A stretch of DNA of 37,586 bases from a virus (Duplodnaviria; Caudoviricetes): IMG/VR virus record IMGVR_UViG_3300044723_009327, positions 1 to 37,586 of that record, one strand, 5' to 3'. The notes under the pieces are model-generated. The model made no database searches, was not told the DNA's origin, and worked only from the letters and a program-made list of their open reading frames with translations. The position numbers were made by a program, and so were the translations under genes. This document shows positions 1 through 8,995 of this stretch, piece after piece; positions within the stretch are counted from its first letter, which is position 1, and each line of letters begins with the position of its first letter.

Positions 1-8
1 CAAGTAAA

Positions 9-308
9 CTACCAAGCCTTACAACTCCAGTAACCTGCCGATAGCTTGCTTTTCTTCTCATCGCAGCTGTGGCGAGCCCGAAAGTTTTTACGGCGTCCAG
101 GTTCATTCTTTCGGATCCTCATGTGCTGGTCACCAAATCGCACAATTCTCTCCTTACCGTTTTCGCAAGCTTTCACGATCGATTTTTTATTCGGATGATC
201 CGGTGTGCGGCGAGGCTTATTACACGGCATCTTGCTTTTATCGAGACGCTCTGCGTAATCTTGTTTGAACTGCTCTAACAACTCGTCGGGGAAGGAACCA
301 AACATCAT
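9..308 (-). CDS. Small basic phage protein, possible internal head protein
   Basis: 99 aa, acidic N-terminus up to YAE, then basic domain VRFGD...RRKNFRARHSC...YWSCKAW of a type I recall from marine phage small proteins; ATGA overlap with the upstream gene. Confidence 0.7.
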   Translation of the reverse strand: MMFGSFPDELLEQFKQDYAERLDKSKMPCNKPRRTPDHPNKKSIVKACENGKERIVRFGDQHMRIRKNEPGRRKNFRARHSCDEKKSKLSAGYWSCKAW

Positions 309-751
309 GTTTCTACTCCAAAACGTAGGAAATCTGCAACCGAAGCAAGATTTTGTGAACTCATTGTGAGTTTAGAAGCGCACCAAGGTTCCAAGTTATC
401 GTCAGGCATGAGCATACCAAGCATGATGTCGATTTTTTCTCTCATCACGCGAAGTTGGTTTATGGCCATAGCGCAGTTAGCTTCCCCGGAGTCGAAACCT
501 TCGAAAAAGTCTACACCTTCTTTTGGAAGATAACTTGCGGTCATTTTGGCGGCAGCAATATCGCCTTCAGAATGCTCTGCATCTTTCTTGACAGGGACGC
601 AGTTGGGCACTTTTTTACCGTTTTTTGTTTTCATGCCTACGGCAGTGTACCCTTTCCAGCACGCGGACTTCAACTCACCGGTTGCCTTTTCGGTGAATCC
701 TAGAGATTCGAGCCGTTCCCAATCAAAGTTTTCAAAATCCATTTCAGTCAT
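305..751 (-). CDS. Small phage protein with CWKGY...VPNCVP motif
   Basis: Likely start ATG 751 (MTEMDF), overlapping the upstream stop. CWKGYTAVGMKTKNGKKVPNCVP and LEPWCASKLT..L.SVADFL resemble modules of T4-like cyanophage proteins (from recall). Confidence 0.7.
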   Translation of the reverse strand: MTEMDFENFDWERLESLGFTEKATGELKSACWKGYTAVGMKTKNGKKVPNCVPVKKDAEHSEGDIAAAKMTASYLPKEGVDFFEGFDSGEANCAMAINQLRVMREKIDIMLGMLMPDDNLEPWCASKLTMSSQNLASVADFLRFGVET

Positions 752-1013
752 CCTTGTGTCGCCAAACAGCAACCTCTGTTTGTAGATTTTCAACACGCTC
801 AGTGAGACGAAGGTGGTCCTCACGAAGAGTGTATTGAAGGGGCAGTTGAGCCCTCATTTCTGTGACTATTTCTATCACAGTGTCAAATTTTCTCTCAACG
901 CTCGCAAAACGAGAGTCGATCCTTTTTCCGTTCCTGTCAAGAACCCATCCCAGGGAAGATGCGATAGTTATACCGCTCCCTAGGACTCCCAAGATAATTT
1001 CAATCCCGATCAT
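744..1013 (-). CDS. Small membrane protein with coiled coil (possible holin-like protein)
   Basis: Likely start ATG 1013 just after the upstream stop. Hydrophobic N-terminus IGIEIILGVLGSGITIASSLGWVL followed by a heptad-like segment. Confidence 0.55.
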   Translation of the reverse strand: MIGIEIILGVLGSGITIASSLGWVLDRNGKRIDSRFASVERKFDTVIEIVTEMRAQLPLQYTLREDHLRLTERVENLQTEVAVWRHKDD

Positions 1014-1014
1014 G

Positions 1015-1719
1015 TTACTCCGTAGGCAATCCAGATTCTCCATTTGCCAGACGTTTCTTGACTGATTCGGGAAGACCCGACTCCCAACCATGCTTTTTAG
1101 CAATGGCGATAATACGCTTCATTGTTCCCCGTGGGTTGGGTGCTCGGCCTACTGAAGCCCAAGCAGCGGCTACGTCGACTGAACCGGCAATAGGAAAACT
1201 CATACCTGGCCCAGCAAACTCACCTTTGACTTTGCCTGCTTTGAGAGCTTTGCGTTTCTCTGTGCTCCACTCGCGGAACTCAGAGGTTTTACGTTTTTTA
1301 TCTAGGCATGTGGGACAAGTGCCACAGACACATTCCTTGAATGAAGGAAGAGGCATGCTGAGGAGTTCGGTGTCTTGAGAGTCACCTTCTGAAAAACCGT
1401 ATTCGTTTTTCTTAGCTTCTCGAAAAGAAGACATCCGTGACTTTTTGCGATCGAAAATTTCTTTCATCGCAACTTTGCCGTCCGCGTTTTCGTTACAATC
1501 CCGATTAACGAGACTGCTACGCTTTTCGCGATGTTCAGCATTCATTTTGAGAATGTTCTCATTATGGTTGCTCAACATCCCGTCTTTGTCGGGACGCCAT
1601 TTTTTGCCGGTTTTGTTTTCTTTCTGTAGTTGCTCAGCACTGATAGCGTTGCTAGCGTTAATAGCACCTCCGGCACCCGGAAGCAAAACGCCACTGAAGT
1701 CGAAGGATGAGCCGTACAT
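1015..1719 (-). CDS. Hypothetical charged protein, possible internal head protein
   Basis: 234 aa with FRE/FSE/FKE/FRE motifs and a compact C-terminal domain FAGPGMSFPI...VGRA...KRIIAIAKKHG; preceded by GGGTAAAG. Confidence 0.7.
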   Translation of the reverse strand: MYGSSFDFSGVLLPGAGGAINASNAISAEQLQKENKTGKKWRPDKDGMLSNHNENILKMNAEHREKRSSLVNRDCNENADGKVAMKEIFDRKKSRMSSFREAKKNEYGFSEGDSQDTELLSMPLPSFKECVCGTCPTCLDKKRKTSEFREWSTEKRKALKAGKVKGEFAGPGMSFPIAGSVDVAAAWASVGRAPNPRGTMKRIIAIAKKHGWESGLPESVKKRLANGESGLPTE

Positions 1720-1740
1720 ATAGAAGAGCGTATAGTAAAC

Positions 1741-1747
1741 TTTACCC
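1741..1747 (-). promoter_or_regulatory. GGGTAAA(G) motif variant
   Basis: 21 nt upstream of ATG 1719. Confidence 0.55.
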
Positions 1748-1760
1748 CTTCTGTGTTTTC

Positions 1761-2126
1761 TTATTCCTCTTCTTTCGTCTGCTCCCCGACTTCATGGAGA
1801 AGTTCATTAATGATGGTTTCGGTTTCTTCTTCACCCAACTCGGTCTCCTCTACTTCTTCCCCGTCAACCATTTCACCGGAAAGGTAGGCGTTAGGGTCGA
1901 ATGCAGATTTCAGGTCTTGGTCTGGTCCTCTACCGCTAGGGTATTTCCAAAGTCCAGTATGCTCAATCCAAGGCGAAGTGTTGGAAATCGTGTTTGTAGG
2001 CAGCCCCGAGTTATTGGCAATGCCGTCTTCCGACGGGGAAGAAAGTTCGTGAATATAGGCAACTCTGAAGGCATCCACAGCCTCTTGATTAAAGTCGCCA
2101 CCAATACGTGAAGTAGGTTTACCCAT
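1761..2126 (-). CDS. Hypothetical acidic protein
   Basis: 121 aa, Glu-rich C-terminus, tiles tightly with neighbours, preceded by GGGTAAAA. Confidence 0.65.
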   Translation of the reverse strand: MGKPTSRIGGDFNQEAVDAFRVAYIHELSSPSEDGIANNSGLPTNTISNTSPWIEHTGLWKYPSGRGPDQDLKSAFDPNAYLSGEMVDGEEVEETELGEEETETIINELLHEVGEQTKEEE

Positions 2127-2128
2127 GG

Positions 2129-2485
2129 TTAAAAGGTTTTCTTGATTTTACCCGTGCGGTCGTGCAACAGTTTGCTGTTCCCTGTCAGTTTGTTCTTGTG
2201 TTTTTCAACCTCGTGTTTGACCTCTGCTTTCATTTTTCCTTCCGTGATCAAACGTTTTTTCTTCTCCTCATCTGTCTCCTCTTTTTCAGGTTCTTCCGGG
2301 AACTCCACACGCTCCTCTAGCTCTAAGATTTCTTCGTCTACTCCTGCAGGATGGATCTCTTGCGTGAGTTTATCGAGGAGAGAGTCAAAACTATCTCTCA
2401 ATCTTCTCCGGCAAACCCCGTCAATAGAGACTGACATTGGCCCGCAAGGGAGTTTATGGGATTCTATAAGTTTAGAAGGATTCAT
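2129..2485 (-). CDS. Hypothetical charged protein
   Basis: 118 aa, E/K-rich, fills the gap between neighbouring genes. Confidence 0.65.
   Translation of the reverse strand: MNPSKLIESHKLPCGPMSVSIDGVCRRRLRDSFDSLLDKLTQEIHPAGVDEEILELEERVEFPEEPEKEETDEEKKKRLITEGKMKAEVKHEVEKHKNKLTGNSKLLHDRTGKIKKTF
2146..2153 (-). promoter_or_regulatory. GGGTAAAA motif
   Basis: About 20 nt upstream of ATG 2126. Confidence 0.6.
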
Positions 2486-2498
2486 GATACTTGGGAAA

Positions 2499-3863
2499 TC
2501 ACTGTTTGGCCATTGCCTTTGGAGAGGTCTGAGGGAAATCCGCTAGTATTTTGGATCCCCACTTTTCAATATCTGGACGAAGTAAGGCAAAAGATTCTTT
2601 AGGAAGAGCGTTTTTGTAGATTTTAATATAGTCTCTAACCATGTTCTTCGTGCTTCCTCCGCCCTCCATCCAATTTTTGTTCCATACCTGTTTAACTTCT
2701 GAACGTATTTTAGCAACTTGCTCGTCACTAAGGTGCTTTCTAGCCAACCCGTAAGCTCTTCCGAAAACAGCCGGTTGAGTATTGGTAAGTCTCCCTCCCG
2801 TTTTCAACCCGTATAACCCAGACACAAAGAAGCTATCTCGGTTAAACAAGTATTTCATGTTACTGGGAGATATCTTTATAAGATCAGTGTCTTTCATTGT
2901 CTTCGCGTCCATAGAGGCCAACGTGGCTTTGAGGGCACTTTTTCCTTTGGCCTTTTTAGCTGCCGCGCTATAATATGCTTTCATTTCCGACTGATTACGA
3001 GGATTAGGTAAACTATCAATCCACTTTTTGAGTTCCGTATCTGCTCTTTGTCTTTGGGCTCCTGAGCGAGCAAGCACCCAGTTTGAGGGGTGGTCTAAAC
3101 CCCCCTTGCTAGCCGGTCTTACATGCTCCACATCAAAGTCAGCCGGGGAGAATACACGGCTAGACTTCCCGTAAGCATCGGTTCCCCCTTGCTGAAGGTA
3201 CATTTGAAGAACTTTGATGCCTCTTGTTTTCGATCCGTTGTTGGCATCAGTAACCTCATTACCTTCTTTATCTTTACCATACCACTTACCTTTGCCGGGG
3301 TTACCGCTGTTGTTAAGTTGATTCTTTGCAGACTGCGGAAGAGATTCATACATTAACGCCACATCTTTCTCGCCAAGTTTGACACCTCTAGAGTTGACGT
3401 CTTTTTGCCAAGCTTGCATAGCCTTTTGCTGAAACTCTGCATCGCCTAGTCTGTCTTTATTATTCTTCAGGTCTTCAATTTCGAGAGCAGTAAGTAGCCG
3501 AGATTGCCCAGGTTTTGTTGTTGTAAAAATCTTATCTTTACCGGAAGCCGATTCCCCTGTAAGTTGTTGCCCCAGGAGGGTGGCAGATTTACCGAGTTCA
3601 ACGTCGCGTTCAGACCCTGGTTCGATATTCCCTTTCTTCATAATGAACCCCACCATTTTGCGGATCTCCGCTTGAACAGGTTCAGGGAACTCTACAAGGC
3701 AATCTTCGTTCGCTGCGATACAAGTGGCTGAACAACTCTTGCCTTTAGTGCACTTTTTTGGACCACCGCCTATAGCTTTTGCCTTGGCTGACTGTATTTC
3801 CGCAGCAGTTGGTGCGCCTCCGCCTGCGGATGCAAAATCTAAAGTGGAGGCGCTTTTAGTCAT
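2499..3863 (-). CDS. HNH-like domain protein with N-terminal Cys-rich motif
   Basis: KKCTKGKSCSATCIAANEDC near the N-terminus; FDVEHVRPASKGGLDHPSNWVLA is an HNH-type motif. Confidence 0.7.
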   Translation of the reverse strand: MTKSASTLDFASAGGGAPTAAEIQSAKAKAIGGGPKKCTKGKSCSATCIAANEDCLVEFPEPVQAEIRKMVGFIMKKGNIEPGSERDVELGKSATLLGQQLTGESASGKDKIFTTTKPGQSRLLTALEIEDLKNNKDRLGDAEFQQKAMQAWQKDVNSRGVKLGEKDVALMYESLPQSAKNQLNNSGNPGKGKWYGKDKEGNEVTDANNGSKTRGIKVLQMYLQQGGTDAYGKSSRVFSPADFDVEHVRPASKGGLDHPSNWVLARSGAQRQRADTELKKWIDSLPNPRNQSEMKAYYSAAAKKAKGKSALKATLASMDAKTMKDTDLIKISPSNMKYLFNRDSFFVSGLYGLKTGGRLTNTQPAVFGRAYGLARKHLSDEQVAKIRSEVKQVWNKNWMEGGGSTKNMVRDYIKIYKNALPKESFALLRPDIEKWGSKILADFPQTSPKAMAKQ

Positions 3864-3902
3864 TCGTCTTAGTATTGTGATATTAGGTGAGATATGGGGG
3901 AT

Positions 3903-4447
3903 TTATCGATCCTTTCTATTTCTTTTAAGTAAGCGTCTGTATCTAACAATTGGTCAAAAGAAATCCCAGAGAAGCATACTTCAGCATATTAGAGTAACGT
4001 CTCCAACTGGTTGACTCCAACCCCCTGGCAATCAGGTATCCATTTCTTACACTCTTTAAGTGAGATTTCCAAACCATGTCGTAAGTTTCCTCAGTCCAGT
4101 TTTTTCTCTTCGATATATGGGATCTTAGCGATTTTACCCGTTGGCGATCTGAATATTCTTCTGTCCCTCTATGTAAATCGTGAGATTTTTTGGCATTTAC
4201 TTTATTTCTTTGGCGCTCTTAAAGCCCATTCAATCCACTCTTCACCCTTGTGCCAGACCCACCTAGGAAAAGAGGGCGAGCACACATATAGGTTACAAGG
4301 ATCGTTGCTTCCTCACTGAGATATGGAGATGCGATGGTGCACGTGCATCCCCCTCATTTGATCTGAAGTTAACCCCCAATTAAGTTGTGCAATTTTTCGG
4401 TAGGGTCGTTTGTCCACCACAACCAGACTGGGGTTCTTTGGTATCAT
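3903..4447 (-). pseudogene. Decayed HNH endonuclease
   Basis: ATG 4447 overlaps the phoH stop. Manual translation: MIPKNPSLVVVDKRPYRKIAQLNWGLTSDQMRGMHVHHRISISQ*GSNDPCNLYVCSPSFPRWVWHKGEEWIEWALRAPKK*. Internal TGA at 4315-4313, TAA at 4204-4202; a shifted frame stays open to TAA 3905-3903. Confidence 0.7.
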
Positions 4448-5259
4448 TCCTCGTAAGCTTCCAGGATATTTGCAATAACCCCGTTGCGCACAATGTCAGA
4501 TCTATCAAATCGAACTCGCCCGACACTCGGGACATTAGACAGGCGATGGTAACAATCTAACAGACCGTTGTCAGACTTGAAGACCTCAAGATCAATTTGT
4601 CGAGTGTCTCCGGTAACAATGACTTTGGAGTTCTGCCCCACCCTGCTTATTACGGTTTTTACATTTTCCGGCAGAGAGTTTTGTGCTTCATCGAAAATAA
4701 TTAAGCACTCGTTAAAGGAACGGCCCCTGATGTCCTCAAGCATCAAAGGATCTACAACCTTCTTCTCAAGTAAATACTTGGCAGCTCCCTGACTCTTGGT
4801 CATAACAACCAAATTGTCGTGGACTGGGCCCACGAGAGGGGCCATCTTTTCTTCCATCGTTCCGGGAAGAGCTCCCCTTCCGCGTTGATAGGAGCATCCC
4901 ACATCGCTGCGAACGTAATAGATCTTTTCTAAATTTCCTTTAGCAACCTCAGTTAGACCCCACCATAGAGCGACGAGAGTTTTTCCAACTCCGGACGGCC
5001 CAATAGCGATGGTGACAGTATTTTTATTCAAAGAGGTCCAAAGGAACTCCTGATTGTCAGTCTTGGGATAAAACGGAAGAATGTCCATACCTTTGCGGTA
5101 GGAGTGTTCTAGCATTTGGGTAGCTTCAGCGCGACGGTGCTTGCGCTTCTCTTTTGAGGTGAGCATGTTAAATAAATTGACAACAATGGGTAAGTCATAC
5201 GCTTCGTGTCCGGTAAGCTTTACATGCAAATCACCTCCGTCAATAAAAGGATGAGTCAT
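4444..5259 (-). CDS. phoH: PhoH-family ATPase
   Basis: Walker A GPSGVGKT, IRGRSF, DEAQN, GDTRQIDL, DIVRN. True start may be downstream (MLTSKE). Confidence 0.93.
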   Translation of the reverse strand: MTHPFIDGGDLHVKLTGHEAYDLPIVVNLFNMLTSKEKRKHRRAEATQMLEHSYRKGMDILPFYPKTDNQEFLWTSLNKNTVTIAIGPSGVGKTLVALWWGLTEVAKGNLEKIYYVRSDVGCSYQRGRGALPGTMEEKMAPLVGPVHDNLVVMTKSQGAAKYLLEKKVVDPLMLEDIRGRSFNECLIIFDEAQNSLPENVKTVISRVGQNSKVIVTGDTRQIDLEVFKSDNGLLDCYHRLSNVPSVGRVRFDRSDIVRNGVIANILEAYEE

Positions 5260-5341
5260 TGGAGGTCTAACTCAACTTTTTGTTCTTACCCTGTGTTACA
5301 TTGTCCACCAGGCGTCTTTATCAATCAACTGTTCGATGTGA

Positions 5342-5497
5342 TCATTCTTGGTTGTCACGCCAAAGACGTTCTTTTTCTTTTTTCTGTCGTGCAGATTGCT
5401 CCAGATATTTATCGGAAGCAGGATCTGTGACTAGAACCCTTGTCCCAAAGTCCTTTTGCATCAGAGACTCGTTGCGGTCAACTGGAGAGTTTGCCAT
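5342..5497 (-). CDS. Small hypothetical protein (51 aa, not in ORF track)
   Basis: MANSPVDRNESLMQKDFGTRVLVTDPASDKYLEQSARQKKEKERLWRDNQE*; occupies the terL-phoH gap on the coding strand. Confidence 0.55.
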   Translation of the reverse strand: MANSPVDRNESLMQKDFGTRVLVTDPASDKYLEQSARQKKEKERLWRDNQE

Positions 5498-5548
5498 AAC
5501 ATTTTGTTAACAACAATAGCAACTTTTAAAGTGGTTGCAAATCACAAG

Positions 5549-7309
5549 TTAAAGGTCTAAATCAAAATCGTACCCTATGTCCCGAGTCCCGGTACGAATA
5601 CCCCTAGCGAAAAAAGGTCTTCCTTCCTCAGTATTGTCTAAACCTGGAGCACCATCTGGATCATTATAGGCATGATCTGCTGGAAATAAACGCATTCGGT
5701 TGCTCGATATGTTGGGAAAAACGTGTTTATTTTCAAAACCTGTTCGAGTCGGAGGTCCGTGAAAACGTTTGTTTTGAGCAATGGCCTCGGTTAGAGATTG
5801 GTCGGTTTTATCTATTTTCAGAGAGTAATAGGTCAAAGCCCAAGCAAAAGCGTCTGTTCTGTCGTCGTGTTTGACGAACGGAAACGCCATCAGTTCTTTT
5901 AAGAAAGGATCAATCCACTCACCCTCAACCATTTGCACTCGGGCAAACTCCATCAAAGGCGCCACCGCTTGAAGTCTTACGGTCTTTGACTTCAAAGGTT
6001 TCATTTCCTCGATAGGAATCTTCGCCTCTTTCTTCAACATTTGAATCAGAGACTGGCCGGAAGCCGCCTTTTCAATACAAAGGAGTCTAGCGTTGTAGTG
6101 AGAGTATAACTGTTTAACGTTTGCAATCAACTCCGGAAAACCAAAACGACCGGTAATCATATCTTGAATATAAACTATTCCGGGGTTGCGGTGAGAAATC
6201 GAAGCCACACAGATTGCGGTCTCGTCTGCCATTTCCCTCTCGGAGAAAGCACAATCGACTGCCATCCAGGTGAAATCAGAGTCAGGGCACTGGTCTTTTT
6301 CCATTCGGCAGATCCAGTGATCTTTGATGATTTGACCCTCTGCGGCAACCGGGTTTCCCTGGTACAGGGCAGAAAATGCAAGCGACCCCATGGTTTTCTT
6401 CTGGGCCATGAGCATATCAACCGTGAAGGCCGTGTTGCTTGGCCAGTGACTTTCACCGATATCTCGTTCCAGGGGATCTTGTTCTTTTTGTTCGGAGGTT
6501 TCTACTAAACCTGCGATGTTGATCCAACGCCAACCGGTGGGGTTTTCCTTTTCATCATAAACCCCGTCTGTTTCTATCAATACGCCGTGCAGATCATGAC
6601 TGTGGAATCGGGTGGCAATCACCATCTGGCACCAGTTGTTAGTGCGTCGGGTAGATGCTTGTTCGCCCCACCAAGACTCGAGTGCCTCAAGAGCAGCGGT
6701 TGATGTCGAGTCTTTCAATGGATCGTCAACGATCATGGCACCCACACCAGGACTCGTGATGTTTGTTGTACCCGCCGTAAAACCAGTCAACACACCACCC
6801 ACAGAGGTTGGAAGAATGTACCCTCCCCCAAGCATGTCATATTTAGAGTCGGGAGAGAATCCCTTCCAATCTGGAAAAATCTTTCTAAACTCCGGGTGCT
6901 TCAAGTAACCCACAGCATCCCTGAAAAACTTTCCGGAAAGTTGCTGACCGTAAGAGGCAATGATATGCTGAGTCATTTGATCACGACCAAGCAACCAGGC
7001 GACAAACATTGACGCCATCATCGACTTGCCGGAACGAGGAGGGCAAGAAACGATCGCTCTCTGGTATCTTCTGTTGGCGAGGTCTTCAAAAGCAGACCCA
7101 ATGATCTCATGAAAGGCAACAACCTTGAGGTCACCTTGTTTCATAATGTCGGCAAATGCCAGAAAGCAACTTCTTGCAGCACCGTACTTGTACTCTTCGA
7201 TCACGGAAGCAGGTGCTTCCAACAGGATAAGCTCTTGAATCCCTCGAATGTATTTTCGCCAGCTGCTGTGCTCATCAAGCATGCTGGCTTTTGTAATAAT
7301 CGGTCGCAT
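5549..7309 (-). CDS. terL: Terminase large subunit
   Basis: Walker A PPRSGKS, Walker B IVDDP, coupling motif ATRFH, LYQGNP, nuclease motifs AVDCA, IEKAASG, HDDRTDA. Confidence 0.95.
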   Translation of the reverse strand: MRPIITKASMLDEHSSWRKYIRGIQELILLEAPASVIEEYKYGAARSCFLAFADIMKQGDLKVVAFHEIIGSAFEDLANRRYQRAIVSCPPRSGKSMMASMFVAWLLGRDQMTQHIIASYGQQLSGKFFRDAVGYLKHPEFRKIFPDWKGFSPDSKYDMLGGGYILPTSVGGVLTGFTAGTTNITSPGVGAMIVDDPLKDSTSTAALEALESWWGEQASTRRTNNWCQMVIATRFHSHDLHGVLIETDGVYDEKENPTGWRWINIAGLVETSEQKEQDPLERDIGESHWPSNTAFTVDMLMAQKKTMGSLAFSALYQGNPVAAEGQIIKDHWICRMEKDQCPDSDFTWMAVDCAFSEREMADETAICVASISHRNPGIVYIQDMITGRFGFPELIANVKQLYSHYNARLLCIEKAASGQSLIQMLKKEAKIPIEEMKPLKSKTVRLQAVAPLMEFARVQMVEGEWIDPFLKELMAFPFVKHDDRTDAFAWALTYYSLKIDKTDQSLTEAIAQNKRFHGPPTRTGFENKHVFPNISSNRMRLFPADHAYNDPDGAPGLDNTEEGRPFFARGIRTGTRDIGYDFDLDL

Positions 7310-7310
7310 T

Positions 7311-7598
7311 TTAGAAGTTTGAGATACGCTTCAGAAGCTCCTCGACCTTTCCATCGTACTCGCGAGCCAAGAGTTGTTCCGAAGGTTCTTCCTTGGCGGT
7401 CAAAAGAACAATGTCTTCTGTAATCTCTCGGTGTGCTTTCACAGAGGCAGAGAAAATCTGAACGAGATCTCTCGTGGAGCACTCGGACATTTGGTCTTGA
7501 AGCAATCCAATCGCTTCGTTTGCCACAAGAAGAGCTTCTTGAGCTAGTGTTTCTTTTTGTTTTACGACTTGGTCTTTGGCATTAGAGTCGGGCATCAT
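7311..7598 (-). CDS. Hypothetical helical protein, possible terminase small subunit
   Basis: 95 aa, directly upstream of terL; assignment by position only. Confidence 0.5.
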   Translation of the reverse strand: MMPDSNAKDQVVKQKETLAQEALLVANEAIGLLQDQMSECSTRDLVQIFSASVKAHREITEDIVLLTAKEEPSEQLLAREYDGKVEELLKRISNF

Positions 7599-7753
7599 CG
7601 AATCCTCCGTTTACATTTTGCGCACCCACCTGGTGCTGGGGGTGGGTTTCCTTTGTAGTTTTGTAGAGAGCGCAGAATGCGCTTAGCTAAATCAATTTTA
7701 CCTGCTTGGGTAGCAGCGTGGTAACTTTGCCAAAGTTGTTGTGAACTTTGCAT
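7595..7753 (-). CDS. Small hypothetical protein (52 aa, CxxC; not in ORF track)
   Basis: MQSSQQLWQSYHAATQAGKIDLAKRILRSLQNYKGNPPPAPGGCAKCKRRIR*; TGATG overlap upstream and ATGA overlap downstream. Confidence 0.65.
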   Translation of the reverse strand: MQSSQQLWQSYHAATQAGKIDLAKRILRSLQNYKGNPPPAPGGCAKCKRRIR

Positions 7754-8973
7754 CAGCAAGGCTGCGGGGGAACATTGTTACCGTGTGAGCAAGGAGTGCA
7801 ACCAAGTTTCCAAAGGGAGTTGATTGCTGCCAGCTCGAAGGTTCCGTCAAGGAGCCATCCGACGCCTTGAGGAGACTTGCCAACATAATAAAATCTTCCT
7901 TTCGCAGTCTGAATAAATGTATCTGTTTGAATACCGATTAAACTTCCGCCGTCTAAGGTTAACTGAGGTGCTTCAGGGTTCAAGGGGTCAACATACATAA
8001 ACTGGTATCCGCCGGTAACCACAGCAAACTCACCCACATTAAGGGAAGTAGGAATGATAGTGTCGAAGACTGCCTGCGAAGAAGGTTTTCCGTCTTTTGT
8101 GATTATGTCGTTCCAGAGTTCCACAGCGTAACGAGCGAGTTTCTTACCAGTGTTGCAGTAGAAAACTTCACGAATCGGTTCGTCAGTTGTAGCGTCAAAT
8201 ATGGTAACTACGAGGCGACCGTCTTCGGTATAAGAGTTTGTAGAGAGAAGGTAAATGGGTTGTCCGAGAGGGTCTTCGATAAATACGCAAGAATTGTCGC
8301 AAATAAATACCCAATCACCACTTTGCGTCAACTCATTTGACCACTGGATACCGTAGCACGCATCAAAGTCTTCGTCAGGGGTTCCATCGCAGGGGTAGGA
8401 GGGAACGTATATATCGCCGGTCGACTGATCAAGAATACCACCCAGAGGCAACTTTGCCTCAACTCCGAGAGCAGGAAGGATACGGCGGCAGTCTCCTCTT
8501 TGAACGCAAGGATCTAGAGCGACGTAAGGCAGAGTTTCTTCGATTGTAAGTTGATATACTTGAGTGTAGGTATATTGAGATTCGGGACTCAACCCGGTAA
8601 AATCCTCGCTAGAACAGGAAAAAGGTTCAATGACTTGAACGCCAGCACCACCGGGAACTCCCCCATTTAAGGTTTGGAAAGTGCCTGCAAGCAGTTGAGT
8701 GGCGAAATCGTGTCCGGAAGATGTTAAATAGTTTTGGCAGGAAAAGTTGCACTCGAACCTGAGTTCTCGCTCGAACACCATCGGAATACGGTTTTTAACG
8801 GTGTTATTGGCTCCAGTGTATCGAACAACAATGTTGTTCGTCTGACTGACGATACCCTCTTTGTCGACTACATCTGCTAAACGCAAAATATTCACGCCAA
8901 GCGGAATCAGTGGACTGGCAATGAGCGCGTCCACCATATACTGTTCGATTCTCGCAACGCTGTGTAGTTCCAA
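7753..8973 (-). CDS. Virion protein, possible Mu gp37-like tail terminator with long C-terminal extension
   Basis: N-terminal ~150 aa (RIEQYMVDAL...IVVRYTGA...YTQVYQLT) fits a gp37-like pattern by eye; TTG start preceded by GGGTAAAA. Confidence 0.5.
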   Translation of the reverse strand: MELHSVARIEQYMVDALIASPLIPLGVNILRLADVVDKEGIVSQTNNIVVRYTGANNTVKNRIPMVFERELRFECNFSCQNYLTSSGHDFATQLLAGTFQTLNGGVPGGAGVQVIEPFSCSSEDFTGLSPESQYTYTQVYQLTIEETLPYVALDPCVQRGDCRRILPALGVEAKLPLGGILDQSTGDIYVPSYPCDGTPDEDFDACYGIQWSNELTQSGDWVFICDNSCVFIEDPLGQPIYLLSTNSYTEDGRLVVTIFDATTDEPIREVFYCNTGKKLARYAVELWNDIITKDGKPSSQAVFDTIIPTSLNVGEFAVVTGGYQFMYVDPLNPEAPQLTLDGGSLIGIQTDTFIQTAKGRFYYVGKSPQGVGWLLDGTFELAAINSLWKLGCTPCSHGNNVPPQPC

Positions 8974-8995
8974 GTTGCTTTCCGTAGATAAGTGG

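Noticed and set aside
4132-4139. GGGTAAAA copy inside the pseudogene as a promoter
   Set aside because: About 270 nt from the next start, unlike the other copies; one chance copy is plausible, so it was not annotated.
4313-4315. In-frame TGA as evidence of stop-codon recoding
   Set aside because: TGA, TAA and TAG all end intact genes normally here, and the same ORF carries other lesions.
4011-4319. 102-aa plus-strand ORF in the gap after phoH
   Set aside because: Better explained by the minus-strand HNH pseudogene; it would be the only plus-strand gene.
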